64,000 bases of DNA, taken from Octopus vulgaris. Its lineage: Eukaryota. Of the stretch, positions 27,171-40,474 are shown one piece after another. Numbering within the stretch: position 1 is the first letter of the stretch; each line of letters begins with the position of its first letter. The notes beneath the pieces were generated by a model. The model was given only the letters and a program-made list of their open reading frames with translations, made no database searches and was not told the DNA's origin. The stretch spans positions 98,766,001-98,830,000 of the forward strand of contig OX597822.1 in NCBI GenBank assembly GCA_951406725.2. The letters run 5' to 3'. The translations under genes were made by a program, and so were the position numbers.

Positions 27171-27397
27171 TAAGTGTGTATGCATATGTATGTATAGATA
27201 GAAAGAGGGAGAGATAGATGGCTAGATAGGCATGTATGCATTATGTAGTAAACCCTCTGAGAGAATATGCCCTAATAACACAATAGGACAACTGTAACGC
27301 AATAACCAAGGTGTGCTAATTGAAGTACTTTTATCATGAGATGGTAAACTGATTATTATAAACGTACACAAGGAAGAAAGAAAATTTCTCCGTCTTT

Positions 27398-27432
<35 letters not shown>

Positions 27433-27602
27433 TCTCTTCTCTCTCTTACTCTTTGGCTCTCTCCCTCTATGCAATATATATATGTGTGTGTTTGTGTGTG
27501 TGTCTATGTGTGTGTGTGTATGTATGCATACACACTTCTGTATATATCCATCCATCTATTCATACGTACATACATACATATATACATATACATACATACA
27601 TC

Positions 27603-27694
27603 TATGTATGTATGTATGTATGTATGTATGTATGTATGTATGTATGTATGTATGTATGTATGTATGTATGTATGTATGTATGTATGTATGTATG
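27603..27694. repeat. (TATG)n microsatellite
   Basis: Direct reading of the sequence. Confidence 0.95.
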
Positions 27695-28410
27695 GAAAAT
27701 TTGTAGTAATACAATCTGGAAGCTAATTCAGGTGATAGAAAACATAGAATATATATTAAAAAAACCCAGTTATATAAAGATTGATAAGACTAAAGCAAAA
27801 TGAAAATTTAGCAAACAAAAATATAGATAAAAATCGTGTGCATCTGTTTGAAAGTCAGCAAATCCTAAAAAGAAGCGGTATGAAGTCTGGAACAGGAGTG
27901 TCTAATATATGTTTTCCCGTTCAATTCATAACCACAAAACGAATTAAAAAATGGGGATTAAACGAAACCTGTAGAAGCTATTAACATAAAAGAAACGATT
28001 TCCACCTCTTTACTGTTGATGACGTTAGAATATAGCTGTAGGCATAGTAATATTTTTGCTGTAATATGGCGACATTTCAACGCCACGTCTGAAATATAGA
28101 TTGTGTAAGCACGCATGAAACGCTCTGTGTTACAATGATATAGAAACAAATTCTCTGCAATATGATTGTTCGCATTGACAAGAAATATCAAACTAACCAC
28201 TGAGATTTTAAAAACAGAGACATGAAGTACTGGACAGCAGAGGAAATAAGATTGAATATAGGATTATCCGTAAATGGAAATATCGAATATAAGCCGAACG
28301 AAAGTAAATGCAGAATTAATATTAAGTGGTGTACTGTACTGTGTACGTTTAAAACAATAGGCATTTTCTTATAAGAACCAAACCAAGGCTCACATCTTTA
28401 GGAAATTTAA

Positions 28411-28805
28411 GTGTGGTAAGTAGCTTGTTTACCAACCGCATGGTTCCGGGTTCAGTCCCACTGCGTGGCACCTTGGACAAGTGTCTTCTACTATAGCCTC
28501 GGGCCGACCAAAGTCGTGTGAGTGGATTTGGTAGACGGAAACTGAAAGAAGCCTGTCGTATATATGTATATATATATGTATATGTGTGTGTGTGTTTGTG
28601 TGTCTGTGTTTGTCCCCCTAGCATTGCTTGACAACCGATGCTGGTGTGTTTACGTCCCCGTTACTTAGCGGTTCGGCAAAAAGAGACCGATAGAATAAGT
28701 ACAGGGCTTACAAAGAATAAGTCCCGGGGTCGACTAAAGGCGGTACTCCAGCATGGCCGCAGTCAAATGACTGAAACAAGTAAAAGAGTAAAAGAGTAAA
28801 AGAGT
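28411..28805 (+). mobile_element. SINE family B, slightly 5'-truncated
   Basis: GTGTGGTAAGTAGC...(AAAAGAGT)3 tail. Confidence 0.9.
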
Positions 28806-29915
28806 ATACCTCTACTACTTACGGCACGTATTCTAAAATATATTATTGCCCCCATTCCACATTTACGTTTGAAAAGAACAAAAGAACGTTTCAAAATTTA
28901 CGTTTTCCATACTACCACGTTTTATGTTTTATTGTGATAGGGCACAAAATTATTCCCTTCTAGTCTTTGTTAAAATATAAAAGAAAGAACGAATTGCTCT
29001 TACCATTGGGCGAGTGGTTCAAGCTATAGTAATAGTGATCCTTTCTAGTATAGGGACAAGGCGAGAAATTTGCAGGTAAGTGCCTATTCTATTACATCGA
29101 GCCCAGTGATAAACCGGTACTTATTTCTACGACCCCAAAATGACGTAAGTCGAACTTTGCTGGATTTGAACTCAGAATATAAAAACGAACAAAAGCTGCT
29201 AAACATTTTGAAGTTTGTTCAGTGTGCTAACGATTCTGTCGGCTCGACGATCGTCAGCCGACGAGCGGGCAGAATCGTTATCGCGCCGGCAAAAATGCTT
29301 GGCGATATTTCTTCTAGCTTGCATCCTTTCAATGCCGATAAAATAAGTACTTGGATCGATGTAATCGTCTTAGCTCTCGCCCCGGAATTGCTATCCTTGT
29401 GCTAAAATTTGAAACAAATATTAATAGTACTTTATAAAGTAGGTACATCCCAGTAGGTACATTAGAACACATTGAGAGGCTTCCAAATAGGAAAGCCGTG
29501 TGCTAGAAAGAGCAGTAGAAAATTCAAACCATTAATTATGGATAAATTCTCGAAAGGATTGAAATTTAAAAACGTTTACCATCTAATTTAGTTCCTAGAC
29601 CATGGTTTCTAACTCATTCCAGTAAAAAAATATTTACTGGGGCTAGTTTTCGTCAGTAGTGAACCTTTAGATTTCTTATTACCCTAATATTTATTATGTT
29701 TATATATATGCATATATATATCACGACAGGAGACGCAGATGCGGGCAGCAGCATCGAACTCCTTGTTGATCAAGTGCCACGTATCAGAGGTGGATTCACA
29801 AATTAGTGTAGCTCATTTAGCGGTGGTGCCCCAGCATGGCCGCGGCCTTCGGGCTAAAACATTTTTAAGGATTTTTAAGGATTTATATATATATATAGAC
29901 ATACATATATATATA

Positions 29916-30847
29916 CAAGGTCTGTTCAATAAGTATCCGGACTGTTGCCATAGTAAAGACGCTAAAGCACGCTGAGTAAAGCCGCTTGACAAAGACTGAC
30001 CCCTGCTGTATATGCGTACTATATTTTGACTTCTAGCTCACTTCTTTTGTTTACAGCAGTGCTTGGAAGGAATATGTGTAGTGTGTGATCGTCGCATTGA
30101 CCATGACAGAGAAAGTCTGTCATGGTGATACCTGATCAGAAGCCTTCGCAAAGTTGCAGAAAGCGTATGGACAGGAGTGTATGAGCCTCACACAACTGTA
30201 CGAATGGTTCAAACGTTTCCAAGATGACTGAAAAACTGTCGATATTGACGAACGTTCTGGGAGACCCACATCCAGTAGAAGTGAGAAAAAACATTGTAGA
30301 TGTGCGTGCAGCTGTGAAGGGATTTCGTCGAATTACCATCCGTGAGAGTATGTGCAGATTACTTACAGTTCTGTTCACTGAATATTTGGGTATGAGACGC
30401 GTGTCTGCCAAGATTGTGCCAAAACTGCTTTCAGCTGACCAAAAAGACACTCGGGTATTAGTTGCACAAGATCTCCTTGATGATGTTAAAAACGATTGAT
30501 TGATTGATTGATTCTAGTTTCAGCTCACGAGCTGTGGCCATGCTGGGGCACCGCCATTGAAAACTTTTTGAAAAGTTTCCGTAGGCTTCTGAGCAGTATC
30601 GCGAAACTTTTGGCAAAATTTGATGCAGACTCCCTACTCAACTTTCTCTGTCAAGGTAAATTCGATGATCACACGCTACACACTTTCTTCCAAGCACTAC
30701 TGTAAACAGCGGAAGTAATCTACAAGGTCAAAACTTAGTGCGCATGCACAGCAGGATTCAAGGACAATATGTGTCAAGTGGCTTTACTGTGTGTGCTGTA
30801 GTTTAGTTACTATGGCAACAGTCCGGATACTTATTGATCAGACCACG
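29916..30847 (+). mobile_element. Internally deleted mariner with long (about 200 bp) imperfect TIRs
   Basis: TA flanks; GGTCTG.TCAATAAGTATCCGGACTGTTGCCATAGTAA mirrored at the right end; transposase remnants YEWFKRFQD, DERSGRPTSSR and LGMRRVSAKIVPKLLSADQK (WVPKLL-like). Confidence 0.88.
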
Positions 30848-30904
30848 TATATATACACACATATATATATATAAGTACGTATGTGTGTGTGTTATTAGAG
30901 CACC

Positions 30905-31400
30905 GATAGGAAGATGCTGTTGATGAGATTGTCAGGTAGGGGTTTGTCCAACTGTGAATATATCTTTAATCAAGGCAAATAACCTTCCAGCCTGTTCTCA
31001 CTCTACGCGTGATTTTAGCAGTCATGACATGACATATATTTACTATCTGTCCCAAGTAGATATACTCATTCAATCTCCCTCATTTCATTGTTTACCACCT
31101 GTAATTAGCAGTGCTTTGAATATCCTGCTCTGTTAACATAGTCTGCAGCCGATCTGAGGTTTCTGCGATGATCTGAGATATTCTACCTCAAGTGTGTCTA
31201 AGTAGCTTGCCGTTGCTACTAAAACTAAAGAAATTTCATTTTCAAGACATACGCAGAAGTTCTTTAGAGAGATTGTATCGCTTTCCTTGACGCTCTTCTA
31301 GATTGGAAACCTTATTAGTGGTAATTTGAAACCTGGGTGGTTATTAATGGTTTTAATTAGCTCGACATCTGTGCTACATAATTACTGGAGAAAAGTAATT
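30905..31400 (-). mobile_element. Decayed RTE-like LINE RT fragment
   Basis: Minus translation fragments IAETSDRLQTMLTE, EYIYLGQIV and ITRRVRTGWK. Confidence 0.55.
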
Positions 31401-32262
31401 AGCAATTGCACAAATAGTAAACAGACTTAACTGGGATCTGTCAAAAATCGAACTACAACCCAATATCAATTTACTGTGCTATACAATAAACAGAAGCAAT
31501 AGTAGTAGCAGTGGCAGCATATCTCGACTTGCAAACATATATTGATATGCTATCACTCTGGTTCCAATCGTCTAACGTTGTCTTTGTTGCATAATGATAC
31601 ACTTTGTATGTTAGATGATGATAAAAAGAAATATTGACTATTCAAAGTATCTAAGTTATATATTTAGTAATGCATCTTTTTTTACTTTAATAAAGTACGT
31701 AGGCCCAAACATAAAATGATATGAAAGCTACAAACGTAAAGGCAATGGAATTGATCTAAAAGGAAAGTAGTCTCAGTCATTTATCTGCCTTATCTATTTT
31801 ATTAGAATAGTCATATTTAGTGTCAAAATAATGGACTGACACTAGAACTGGCTACATGTAATATTTCACATTGGCAACCAGAATATGGACGGCAAACTAA
31901 ACATTGATGAAATTCTAAGCTAATATTGTCATTTTTCATATAGACTTTTTTTTTTTGCAGTTTCGTCCGTTTGTATCATGTATGAATTCTTTATATTTTT
32001 CATTTAATTTTCTTAGTTCAGAAAACATCAAAAGCACTCGTATAGATTTCTCTTATTTAATCTCCTTATTTAATCAAGCAAATATCGCAAAGAATATGTT
32101 CCTCAGCAGAACAAATAAAGAGATAGAAATGATGATATAGCAAACTAAATCGTAGTTTATATTCTATCGCTCTGCGTCATATGTTCAAAATTCAGTGTGG
32201 CCGACTTTGGTTTTCAACTTTAAAAATAGATAACGCAATGACGCCAGTTTAGTCAACCATAC

Positions 32263-32700
32263 GGATCTTTTCGGTTTGAACGGCAGTTTTTTCTAGCGGT
32301 GTCATATGAAATTGTCACCCATAACTATAACCCTAGTATCGATCTACGGCATTTCAATCTGTTTTAGGGTTAGGGTTAGTTAGGGTTAGGATTGGGGTTA
32401 GGAGTGGGGGGAAGGGTATCTTTTTTCTTCAGAAATGTAAATAAACCCAATCTGTTTCTTAAACGAGGGTCATATTCATACGGCACAGAATGTTTTTTTA
32501 ACTCAATAGACGTCACTGATTGGTTGAAATTGCAGAAATTGAAGAAAAAAAGCAACAAATATCTTACAAACTATAGAATTTTCTCAAAAAAGGCAAGAGA
32601 AAAAGATGTTTTATAAACACATTCTACCAGTATACGAAGTTTAAAATTTTTTAATTACCTAGATATTATGTTAAAACTGCCGTTCAAACCGAAAAGATCC
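32263..32700. mobile_element. MITE with 28-bp perfect TIRs, 8-bp TSD and internal telomere-like repeats
   Basis: TIR GGATCTTTTCGGTTTGAACGGCAGTTTT; TSD AACCATAC at 32255-32262 and 32701-32708; TTAGGG units at about 32364-32410. Confidence 0.93.
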
Positions 32701-33137
32701 AACCATACTCTGCCCTAGAAATGAGTACATCTTTCATAATGAGAAATATCCATATATTTCTGTTATCTCTAGTGTCAGCTATAAAATAGGACATTGCGCT
32801 TTGTGAGTGTATTTGTTTGTGTGTGTCTGTGAGATGGATGATGTCTAGAAAGGTGGTTCGGAGCTTTGGAATTCGAAGAAATAATCACAATAACTGTAAT
32901 TGCTCTTGTTGCAGGAGCGCAACGTGCAGAACCGTCTTAGTCAAAGTGTGAGGGGTAAGATCTCCAGAATATAAACCCAATAATCACCAGTATTTCTTCT
33001 TACCTATATCCCTTACTTGGATAAATAATATTTTGCAAATTGTCTATATTGACAGATCCTTCAGATTCCATTGCTTTTCCTTTCTTTACTGTGTTATCCC
33101 ACCAATCTAAATTTGATATATAGAATATATTATATAT

Positions 33138-33366
33138 CTCTTTACTACCCACAAGGGGCTAAACATAGATGGGACAAACAAGGACACACAAAGGGATTAA
33201 GTCGATTACATCGACCCCAGTGCGAAACTTGTACTTTATTCATCGACCCCGAAAGGATGGAAGGCAAAGTCGACCTCGGCGGAATTTGAACTCAGAACGT
33301 AATGGCAGACGTAATACGGCTACGCATTTCGCCCGGCGTGCTAACGTTTCTGCCAGCTCGCCGCCT
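33138..33366 (-). mobile_element. SINE family C
   Basis: Full head and body on the minus strand; decayed relatives at 33390-34030. Confidence 0.88.
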
Positions 33367-34580
33367 TTTAATATAGAATATATTATATTGGTCTTAACGT
33401 TTAGCACTAGGTCAGCAATTTCGAGGGAAGGGTAAGTTGATTACACGGACCCCAGTACTCAACTAGTACATAACTAAATACTGCAAGCATTTCAAGTGAT
33501 GGTTCTACATAGCCAAATATTTAGCTGCTATCGATAAATTCCTAATTTCACGAGTAGTTTTGAGCTTGCATGCCGTATATTCGCATATTTATAGGAGAAA
33601 CTTATATGAACAAGTTACACATAATGATATCAAATTTTTGCACAAGGTTAGCAGTTTCAAAGGTGGAGCTACGTCGATTATATCGACCCCATTGCTCTAC
33701 TAGGTACTTATTTTGTCGACCCCGAAATTATGAAAGGCAAAGTCGAACTAGGTGGAGTTTCGAAATGCTGCTAGGCATTTTACTCCGCATATTAACGATT
33801 CTGCTTAACAAGTGACACATTGATTTCATATTTTGAAACAAGGCCAGTAATTTCGGGGAGGGTGTAAATCAGTTACTTGGTACATATTTTATCGATCCCA
33901 GTGCTCTGCTTGGTAAATATTTTATCGATCCCCAAAAGATAAAAGTCAAAGTCGACCTTGGAGGAATTTGAAATCAGAACATAAAGAGTCCAAAGAATTT
34001 GCACTAAATGATTCCGTTAGTCCGCTGCCTTATATCAAGTTTGACAAGTTAAATTGATTTCTTGGCGATGAATTCCGTTTAATACAAAGACACTTCCAGC
34101 ATAAAAACCATGTAAGTTTTCTGTTAATCCCCTTTCAGATATTATGTGTGTTCGTGCGTTCGTGCGTATTATGTACCATGTTTATTTAGATTATTTGGAT
34201 GAGAACTTCTCATAAGTCTTATGTAATTTCTTTTTAATTATATAAAGATTCATCTCAATACTTGTATGCCATTATTTATAGCTTTATACAGGTGCTTCGA
34301 GATATTCCAAAAAGCAATTATTCCACATTCTCTCAAAATCTTATATACAATTATGTGTATAAAAACACCATACATAATTAATTTAATGCGATTACACAGC
34401 AGATTGTAAGTGTTTATGTGTGCGTAAAATTCGGGTTGGGTGATCAGAGTAAAACTCCATAAAAAGGAATTCTAAGTGACTAATAATATAGGTATTCTCT
34501 TCTCTCTCTTCTTTGCTTTTAACATGGCCAAATGTTTCAATTGTGATTCCTACGGAGAAATTACTTATTCTCTATATGTA

Positions 34581-35250
34581 CTAGCTGAGTATTCCGTCAT
34601 TGCCGGGTAATTTTCACAATAGAATGACTCAACCGACTTTCGGAATAGCATTCCTACATAAGTTGGATTTTCTCCCGTTTCGACAGGGATTTCTCCATAT
34701 TTTTTTCACCATACCCTCGCAAATAATGGGCGCTCAACTTTTTATGAAAAAAAAAAGGCAATGTTTGAGAATTTATGAATCCACACCACCTCCATCCTTG
34801 CGGACCGATTTTGCTCATTTGTTTGTTTGTTGATTTTTTTTCACTACGCACTTAAAATCAATGGGAGGTGCCTTTTTGGTAAAAACAAAAACAAAAATGT
34901 TTTTTGAAAATTCATGAATTTTTCAAACCCTAGTCCCACACAATACCGCTTTTAACTATTTTTTTTGTTTTTGCACCGCGCATTTAAAACGAGGGGAAAA
35001 GCCTTCATAGTTAAAAACAATTTTTAAACCACATTTCCTTTCTTTTTAAACAGTAAATGTTGGTGTAATTTAAAAACAATAGTGAAATTTAAAATTTTTT
35101 CATTAACAAGGACACCCTCACCCCACCCCCATAAATCCTAAATTTTCGGGCTTTATCGAACTATTTGTAATTACATTTTTAAAAAGAAGAAAAGTTGGAA
35201 TCCGCAATTTGTTTCTGCGCATAATTTAAAAATATTTTTCAGGCAAACAG
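34581..35250 (-). mobile_element. Probable Helitron 3' portion
   Basis: Minus strand ACCCGGCAATGACGGAATACTCAGCTAG|T resembles the hairpin plus CTAG end; the other boundary is not determined. Confidence 0.45.
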
Positions 35251-35659
35251 ATACCTGATTTAAGAGTGATTTCGCTAGTGCTTCTAGCACATCCCACGAC
35301 CTTCTAGAAGCACATCCCACGACCTCATAGAAAGACAAAAAGAGAGAGCGAAAGTGTAGAGCAATATTAGAAAGAAAGACTAACATAGATGATAGAAGGA
35401 AAAACAGTGAAAACCCGGAATTAATGATACAGAGGAAACAAGTCGCTGATGAAGTTATAGAGGACAGATGTATTCTGATACAATGACGAAACGAACAGTG
35501 AACACTGGCCTCAAAATTATGCAATATTGGAATTGATTTTGGTCGGGATAAGTGTTCGTATTTGATAGTAAATAAATCAAGAAAAGCTTATTGGTTAATC
35601 GGTGGGAATGATTATCGCTTGAACTGGCTATTTCTCTCATTTCCATTGTTTAATACTAC

Positions 35660-36630
35660 AATGACTGAAAATATCACATATACTGGTGCTGTAGTAAAAG
35701 TAGAGGGAAAAAAAGGAAGTTATTGAAGTTAGAGTTACCCGTATTCAGTAAGAAAGTATTTCATAATACATTTGTAGTACGAGTGCTACCATTAGGAATA
35801 CTACACTGGACATGTAAAGACATCGAAAACTAGAACTAGGAAGGTATTGACTGTCACTCGTAAATCCACATCAATAGCGTTATGGATAGAATCAGTATTA
35901 TATGGAGGGATTGGGGTATAGGCCGAAGTGTAGTTTGAATAACCCCTAGTCAAGAGTAAAGGGAGCAAGCTGTATATCACAAAGATTTAATATTCAAATA
36001 AATAACATATAGAGAGCATGTGAAGAAAACCTGATTAGCTACTTTGAGCGCATAGCTGTTCCATGCAGGCCAAGTCTAACTACATCAATCTGCTTAAAAG
36101 TTATGCATGAATACACATCTTGCAATTTAGACGTAAAGAAAGACGTTGGCTACGTGCGAAGCCCTTCATAGATCTCTATTAGATTAATCATCCCTTTCCT
36201 GGGGGATATACTTTCATTATTCACTAACAGCAGATACCTTCCTGAAGTAGAATCTTTTGAATATCTGAAAACGAAAGAAATAAAACATCACTCCAAAGAG
36301 CGCCATTATGAAATAAAATTTCTATTAAGCCGTTCATTCCAGTGTAATACATATGATCCACATCAGCAGCAGATCCCCCATAATGACTGCAAAATACTAC
36401 CACCTCAAAAGACATGATGATGCTGCGAAACTATTTCCAGTGTTGTCTCTTGAATGAAGTGTTCAGAAGGCAATACGAAAGGAAGACCAAGGCAAGAATT
36501 ATATCAACATCTTTAAAGGTAAAGTATACTAGTGGAACATTCTAATAAAACAGCAATATTTTCGAATACAACGTAACAGATGTTGTTCTATGGGACAGGG
36601 AAGAAGAGTCACATTGCAGTGGTCAGCTGC
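35660..36630 (+). mobile_element. Heavily decayed R4/Dong-like non-LTR retrotransposon
   Basis: Fragments HNTFVVRVLPLGILHWT, TRKVLTVT, RHDDAAK and DVVLWDREE. Confidence 0.5.
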
Positions 36631-37161
36631 ATCTCTTCTGTTTTCCAATCAGGGCTCAATTCCACTATAGCACAGTGGATTTAGTCGACGGAAACTAAAC
36701 GAAGATCGTCGTGGTCACTTCAGCCATGTAACCACACACGTACTTTTCTTGGGATTTTTCTTCTTCGGAAATTTCCTTTCTCCTCTTTCTGACGAAGAGC
36801 TATGCTCGGAATGTTGTACACCCACTCTTTGTTTCCATCTTATATTGAGCGTCAATGTAATTACGTTCCGCATGTACGTCATTTTGACTTTTGTTTGTTT
36901 GTTATTTATCATTTTTAATTTTTGATTTGATTCTGTGTGTGTATGTGTGAAGAAAAATCCCAAGAAACGCACGCGTGTGGTTACATTGCTGAAGTGACCG
37001 CGGCGAGCTTTTCTTAGTTTCCGTCAGCTAAATCCACTCAGAAGGCTTAGGTCAGCCCCAGAGCTATAGCAGGAGACACTTGCTAAAAGTGCCACGCAGT
37101 GGAACTGAGCCATCATCCATTTAGTTGGGAAATAGAAAAAAACGCAGCTGACCACTGCAAT
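36613..37161. repeat. Old inverted duplication (36613-36766 vs 36949-37161) with a degenerate HHR in the spacer
   Basis: GTGGATTTAG..GTGGTCACTTCAGCCATGTAACCACAC..TTCTTGGGATTTTTCTTC is mirrored; spacer has CTGACGA-A-GAGC-TAT-GCTC-GGAA-TGTT at 36789-36815. Confidence 0.75.
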
Positions 37162-37466
37162 TTTACAACCATACAATTTCACAACCTGATTCAATCTAAT
37201 CTCCCCTCACTTTCCTCTGAAGCCTAACCAATAAACATATAACAGAACTCAGTTCGCTTTGAGCCAAGCTTGGTGAAAAAACCTGAACGAAGCTGCACAG
37301 AAAATTATGCCAGGTTGCATGTAAAACTGTTCACACGCTCTGCTGTGGAAACACGTGTAGGTTGTCGTAACCGTAAAAATATGTGGTGTGACATAGTAAA
37401 ATAAAAGGAAATGAATTTTGAGGATATACCAGTCTCTATATTCTCTGTCATTATAATTATTGCTTT

Positions 37467-37500
<34 letters not shown>

Positions 37501-37898
37501 GTCGTGTGTGTGGTGTGTGTGTGTGTGTGTGTGTGTAAACAGTAAAAAATATATACAAACTGGGACAAGAACGTGAAACACCTAGAAGACGACTCAAGAA
37601 CCACAGGACGAGACATTCGAAGCCCTCAGTCATCAGTCAAGAACCGGATCATCTTCGCAATTTCGGCTGATTAATCTTGAGATTGCTCCGACCTGGACAG
37701 CCCCCAAGGGAAATCTAAGCCAAGCGCATTAGATCCCTTGGAAGAAAGCTTCGAATGTATACAACACAAGGACGGAAAACGAAAGATGTACACGAATAAA
37801 AATACAGAAATACGTGAAAACAATAAGGAAAGCACGAATAAGAATACAAAAACATAAAACCAATAAAGGTAAGGATAAAAAACAAATATATATATGTA

Positions 37899-37994
<96 letters not shown>

Positions 37995-37995
37995 A

Positions 37996-38140
37996 TTTAA
38001 TAAACACAATATATTCTTATAGTTTCACGTGATGGTGATGAGCCTATGCAAGACAGTATTTTTAACATATCAGGTGTCGCAGCACAATCTTCAAGCACTA
38101 CTCGTATAGCATAAGAAATGGGACGATACACACACATACG

Positions 38141-38204
<64 letters not shown>

Positions 38205-38600
38205 AGCTGTGATTGTATAATTAAAAGCAATTGCTTATTTAAGAATCCATGTACTGTAACGGCACAGGGAATGAAAAATTCTTATGTGGGATCTATACAA
38301 ATTGAAATTAAAAAACGAGTTGCCACCCATCTCTATACTTTCAGGAATAAACATAAATTTAATTCTATAGGGCTAAGTAAAGTTATTTGGAGGATAAAAG
38401 ATGGTAATACATAGTACGATCTGAAATGGGAAATCCTTGCTTCGGCAGCTTCGTTACAAATTATGAAAAAATGTTATTCATGCTTAAATGAAAACTTTTT
38501 TGTTCTTTCTGCAAAATATCTTATTCTTAACCTCAGCGATGAACATGATGACTCCTGAATTCTCAAAACTAAATTTGTATTTTCTAAATATGTATAAAAT
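37996..38600 (+). pseudogene. Penelope-like element GIY-YIG endonuclease remnant
   Basis: SCDCIIKSNCLF...SYVGSIQIEIKKRVATHLYTFRNK..NSIGLSKVIWRIKD...LKWEIL...KCYSCLNE; homologous in pattern to 43105-43644. Confidence 0.8.
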
Positions 38601-38739
38601 ATCATATTGCTATATTCATTCCTAATACTAACATGCATGGTTAAAATTTATAACAAATTACCCATTTCCTTTACTACATTATGGTATGTAAAACCTTGTT
38701 AAAGGGTAACATTTATGTTTAATTTTTACCATGTATGTA

Positions 38740-38788
<49 letters not shown>

Positions 38789-38867
38789 CATATATATAAG
38801 AATTTTTTGCGTAATAAGATAAAAAAAACCAAGGCTGTATAGATATTAGAGCATTTATAGATAGATG

Positions 38868-38919
38868 GTCTTACAGCTGTTTCTAGGATATTAATTAATA
38901 ATATCCCTTCATCGGAGAC
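38868..38919 (-). ncRNA. Type I hammerhead motif, CCGAUGA core variant
   Basis: Minus: GTCT-CCGATGA-A-GGGATATT-loop-AATATCCT-A-GAAA-CAGCTG-TA-AGAC; stems I and II pair, stem III is palindromic ACAGCTGT, GUA triplet. Confidence 0.75.
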
Positions 38920-39882
38920 GTAGTGAGAAGAAGGTTAAGTCATAGTTAGTTTAGATCATCTACGTCTGTATGTATATTTTAACCGTTTTGGGAGTTGAAA
39001 GCAATGTCTCTCCTATATATATGACCATATTTTTATTTTTATTTTAATACACAGATATAGTATTTTTAGTAATTTAAGTAATTCTTTTTATTATTCCTTA
39101 TACTTATGCATGTTTAAATTGTTTAACAGCTTCTTAACCCCTTTCTCTCTCACTATGCTCTTTTTAATCCCTTTATAATTCCCCCATTATATTTATTCCT
39201 TGCCATGTATGTACATTCGTTTATATAGGTATTTGTATTTTACCCTCTCTTATTCATATTACATGGCTTATTAATTTAATCACTATATTATTATAACTAC
39301 CACATTTATTTTGTACACACACTATATTTACAGTTTATCTTACACCTATCCCATATTGCTTTAACTTTATTGTTCCACTGAATCATTGACTTTACATTTA
39401 AACTATATTTGGTCATATCTCCACCTATACATATATATATAAACTATAACTACAGTTTCTTAAACCTATCTACTAATAGACTAAACATGATTCTCTCTAT
39501 CACCCAGCTTTTAATTAATTATTTTACTTTCTTTTTCTCGTCCTATTATTGGTAGAATGTTTTAATATTCTAGTTATAAATGCACTTAACTTATCATTTA
39601 GTATTGCATTTGTTTTATTTCATACCTTGCACACCTCTCCAAGACTATAATCTGCACATTTTCTATCTAGTCCATTTTACTTATTCGCTTTGCTTACTAA
39701 TTTATTTATTACCTCAACTTGACTGTTTGCTTTCTATTGATTTTCAAAATTGGTTCTTTCTCCACCTATGTATAGATAATATAATTAGTGTACTTTTACC
39801 TATCTCCTAGCGAGCATAATAATTCCTTTTATAATTTTTCGGTATCCTGCTCTCTCTTTAAACGTATTGCTATCTCATGAAC

Positions 39883-40474
39883 TTTGGAGCGACAAAGGCG
39901 GAAAGTGTGTGGTTGCAGAGGTTGAGCAAAAGTGTGTGAAATCTATCATCCTTCCAAATTATAGCTGGGATGTTGTTGGGACCAAATGCTTTCGAGGCTT
40001 TTAGTTGCTTGGTGGCTGCTGTTAGTTCAAATATGGTAAAAGGGGAGGTGTTGATGTCCAGCGTGTCTGATATAGGCACACTTGGAAGAGTGGGGTTATC
40101 AGGGATTTTGGCATTCTTCCCAAGGAGGGTTTAAAAATGGGTTGACCAATTTTCTAAACGCTTCTTAGCTGATCCCCCTTTAATTCTAATTGATGACCCA
40201 AAATTTTTGCCTGATAGGTCTTTGATGGATTTCCAGGCGAGATGGTGGTGTTTTTTTACTAATGTTGTAGAGCTGAAAAAGAGGTAATTTCTACTCTTCT
40301 CCTCTGGAAGCCATCTACCCGCAATACCAGAGGGCGCACACTCTCCTACCCTGATGTAATCTCCAGGGATACAGGCATCCAGCAACAGGACCTCTGTAAT
40401 GCCATGATGGACCGTGAAGTCTGGCGTAGCATGGTAAATTCCATTGTCTCGACCACGGTCGAACAATGATGATG
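39883..40474 (+). mobile_element. RTE-type LINE insertion with inverted 5' segment
   Basis: TSD ATCTCATGAAC at 39872-39882 and 40475-40485. Plus 40263-40474 encodes the C-terminus (..WKPSTRNTRGRTLSYPDVISRDTG..AMMDREVWR) plus a (TGA)n tail. Minus 39883-40258 encodes the pre-RT region (SPFTIFEL..KQLKASKAFGPNNIPAIIWK). Confidence 0.85.

Noticed and set aside
32915-32954. Possible 40-nt plus-strand exon (ttgttgcag|...|gtaaga)
   Set aside because: Such splice-like motifs occur by chance in 64 kb; no recognisable protein or partner exons. RNA-seq would be needed.
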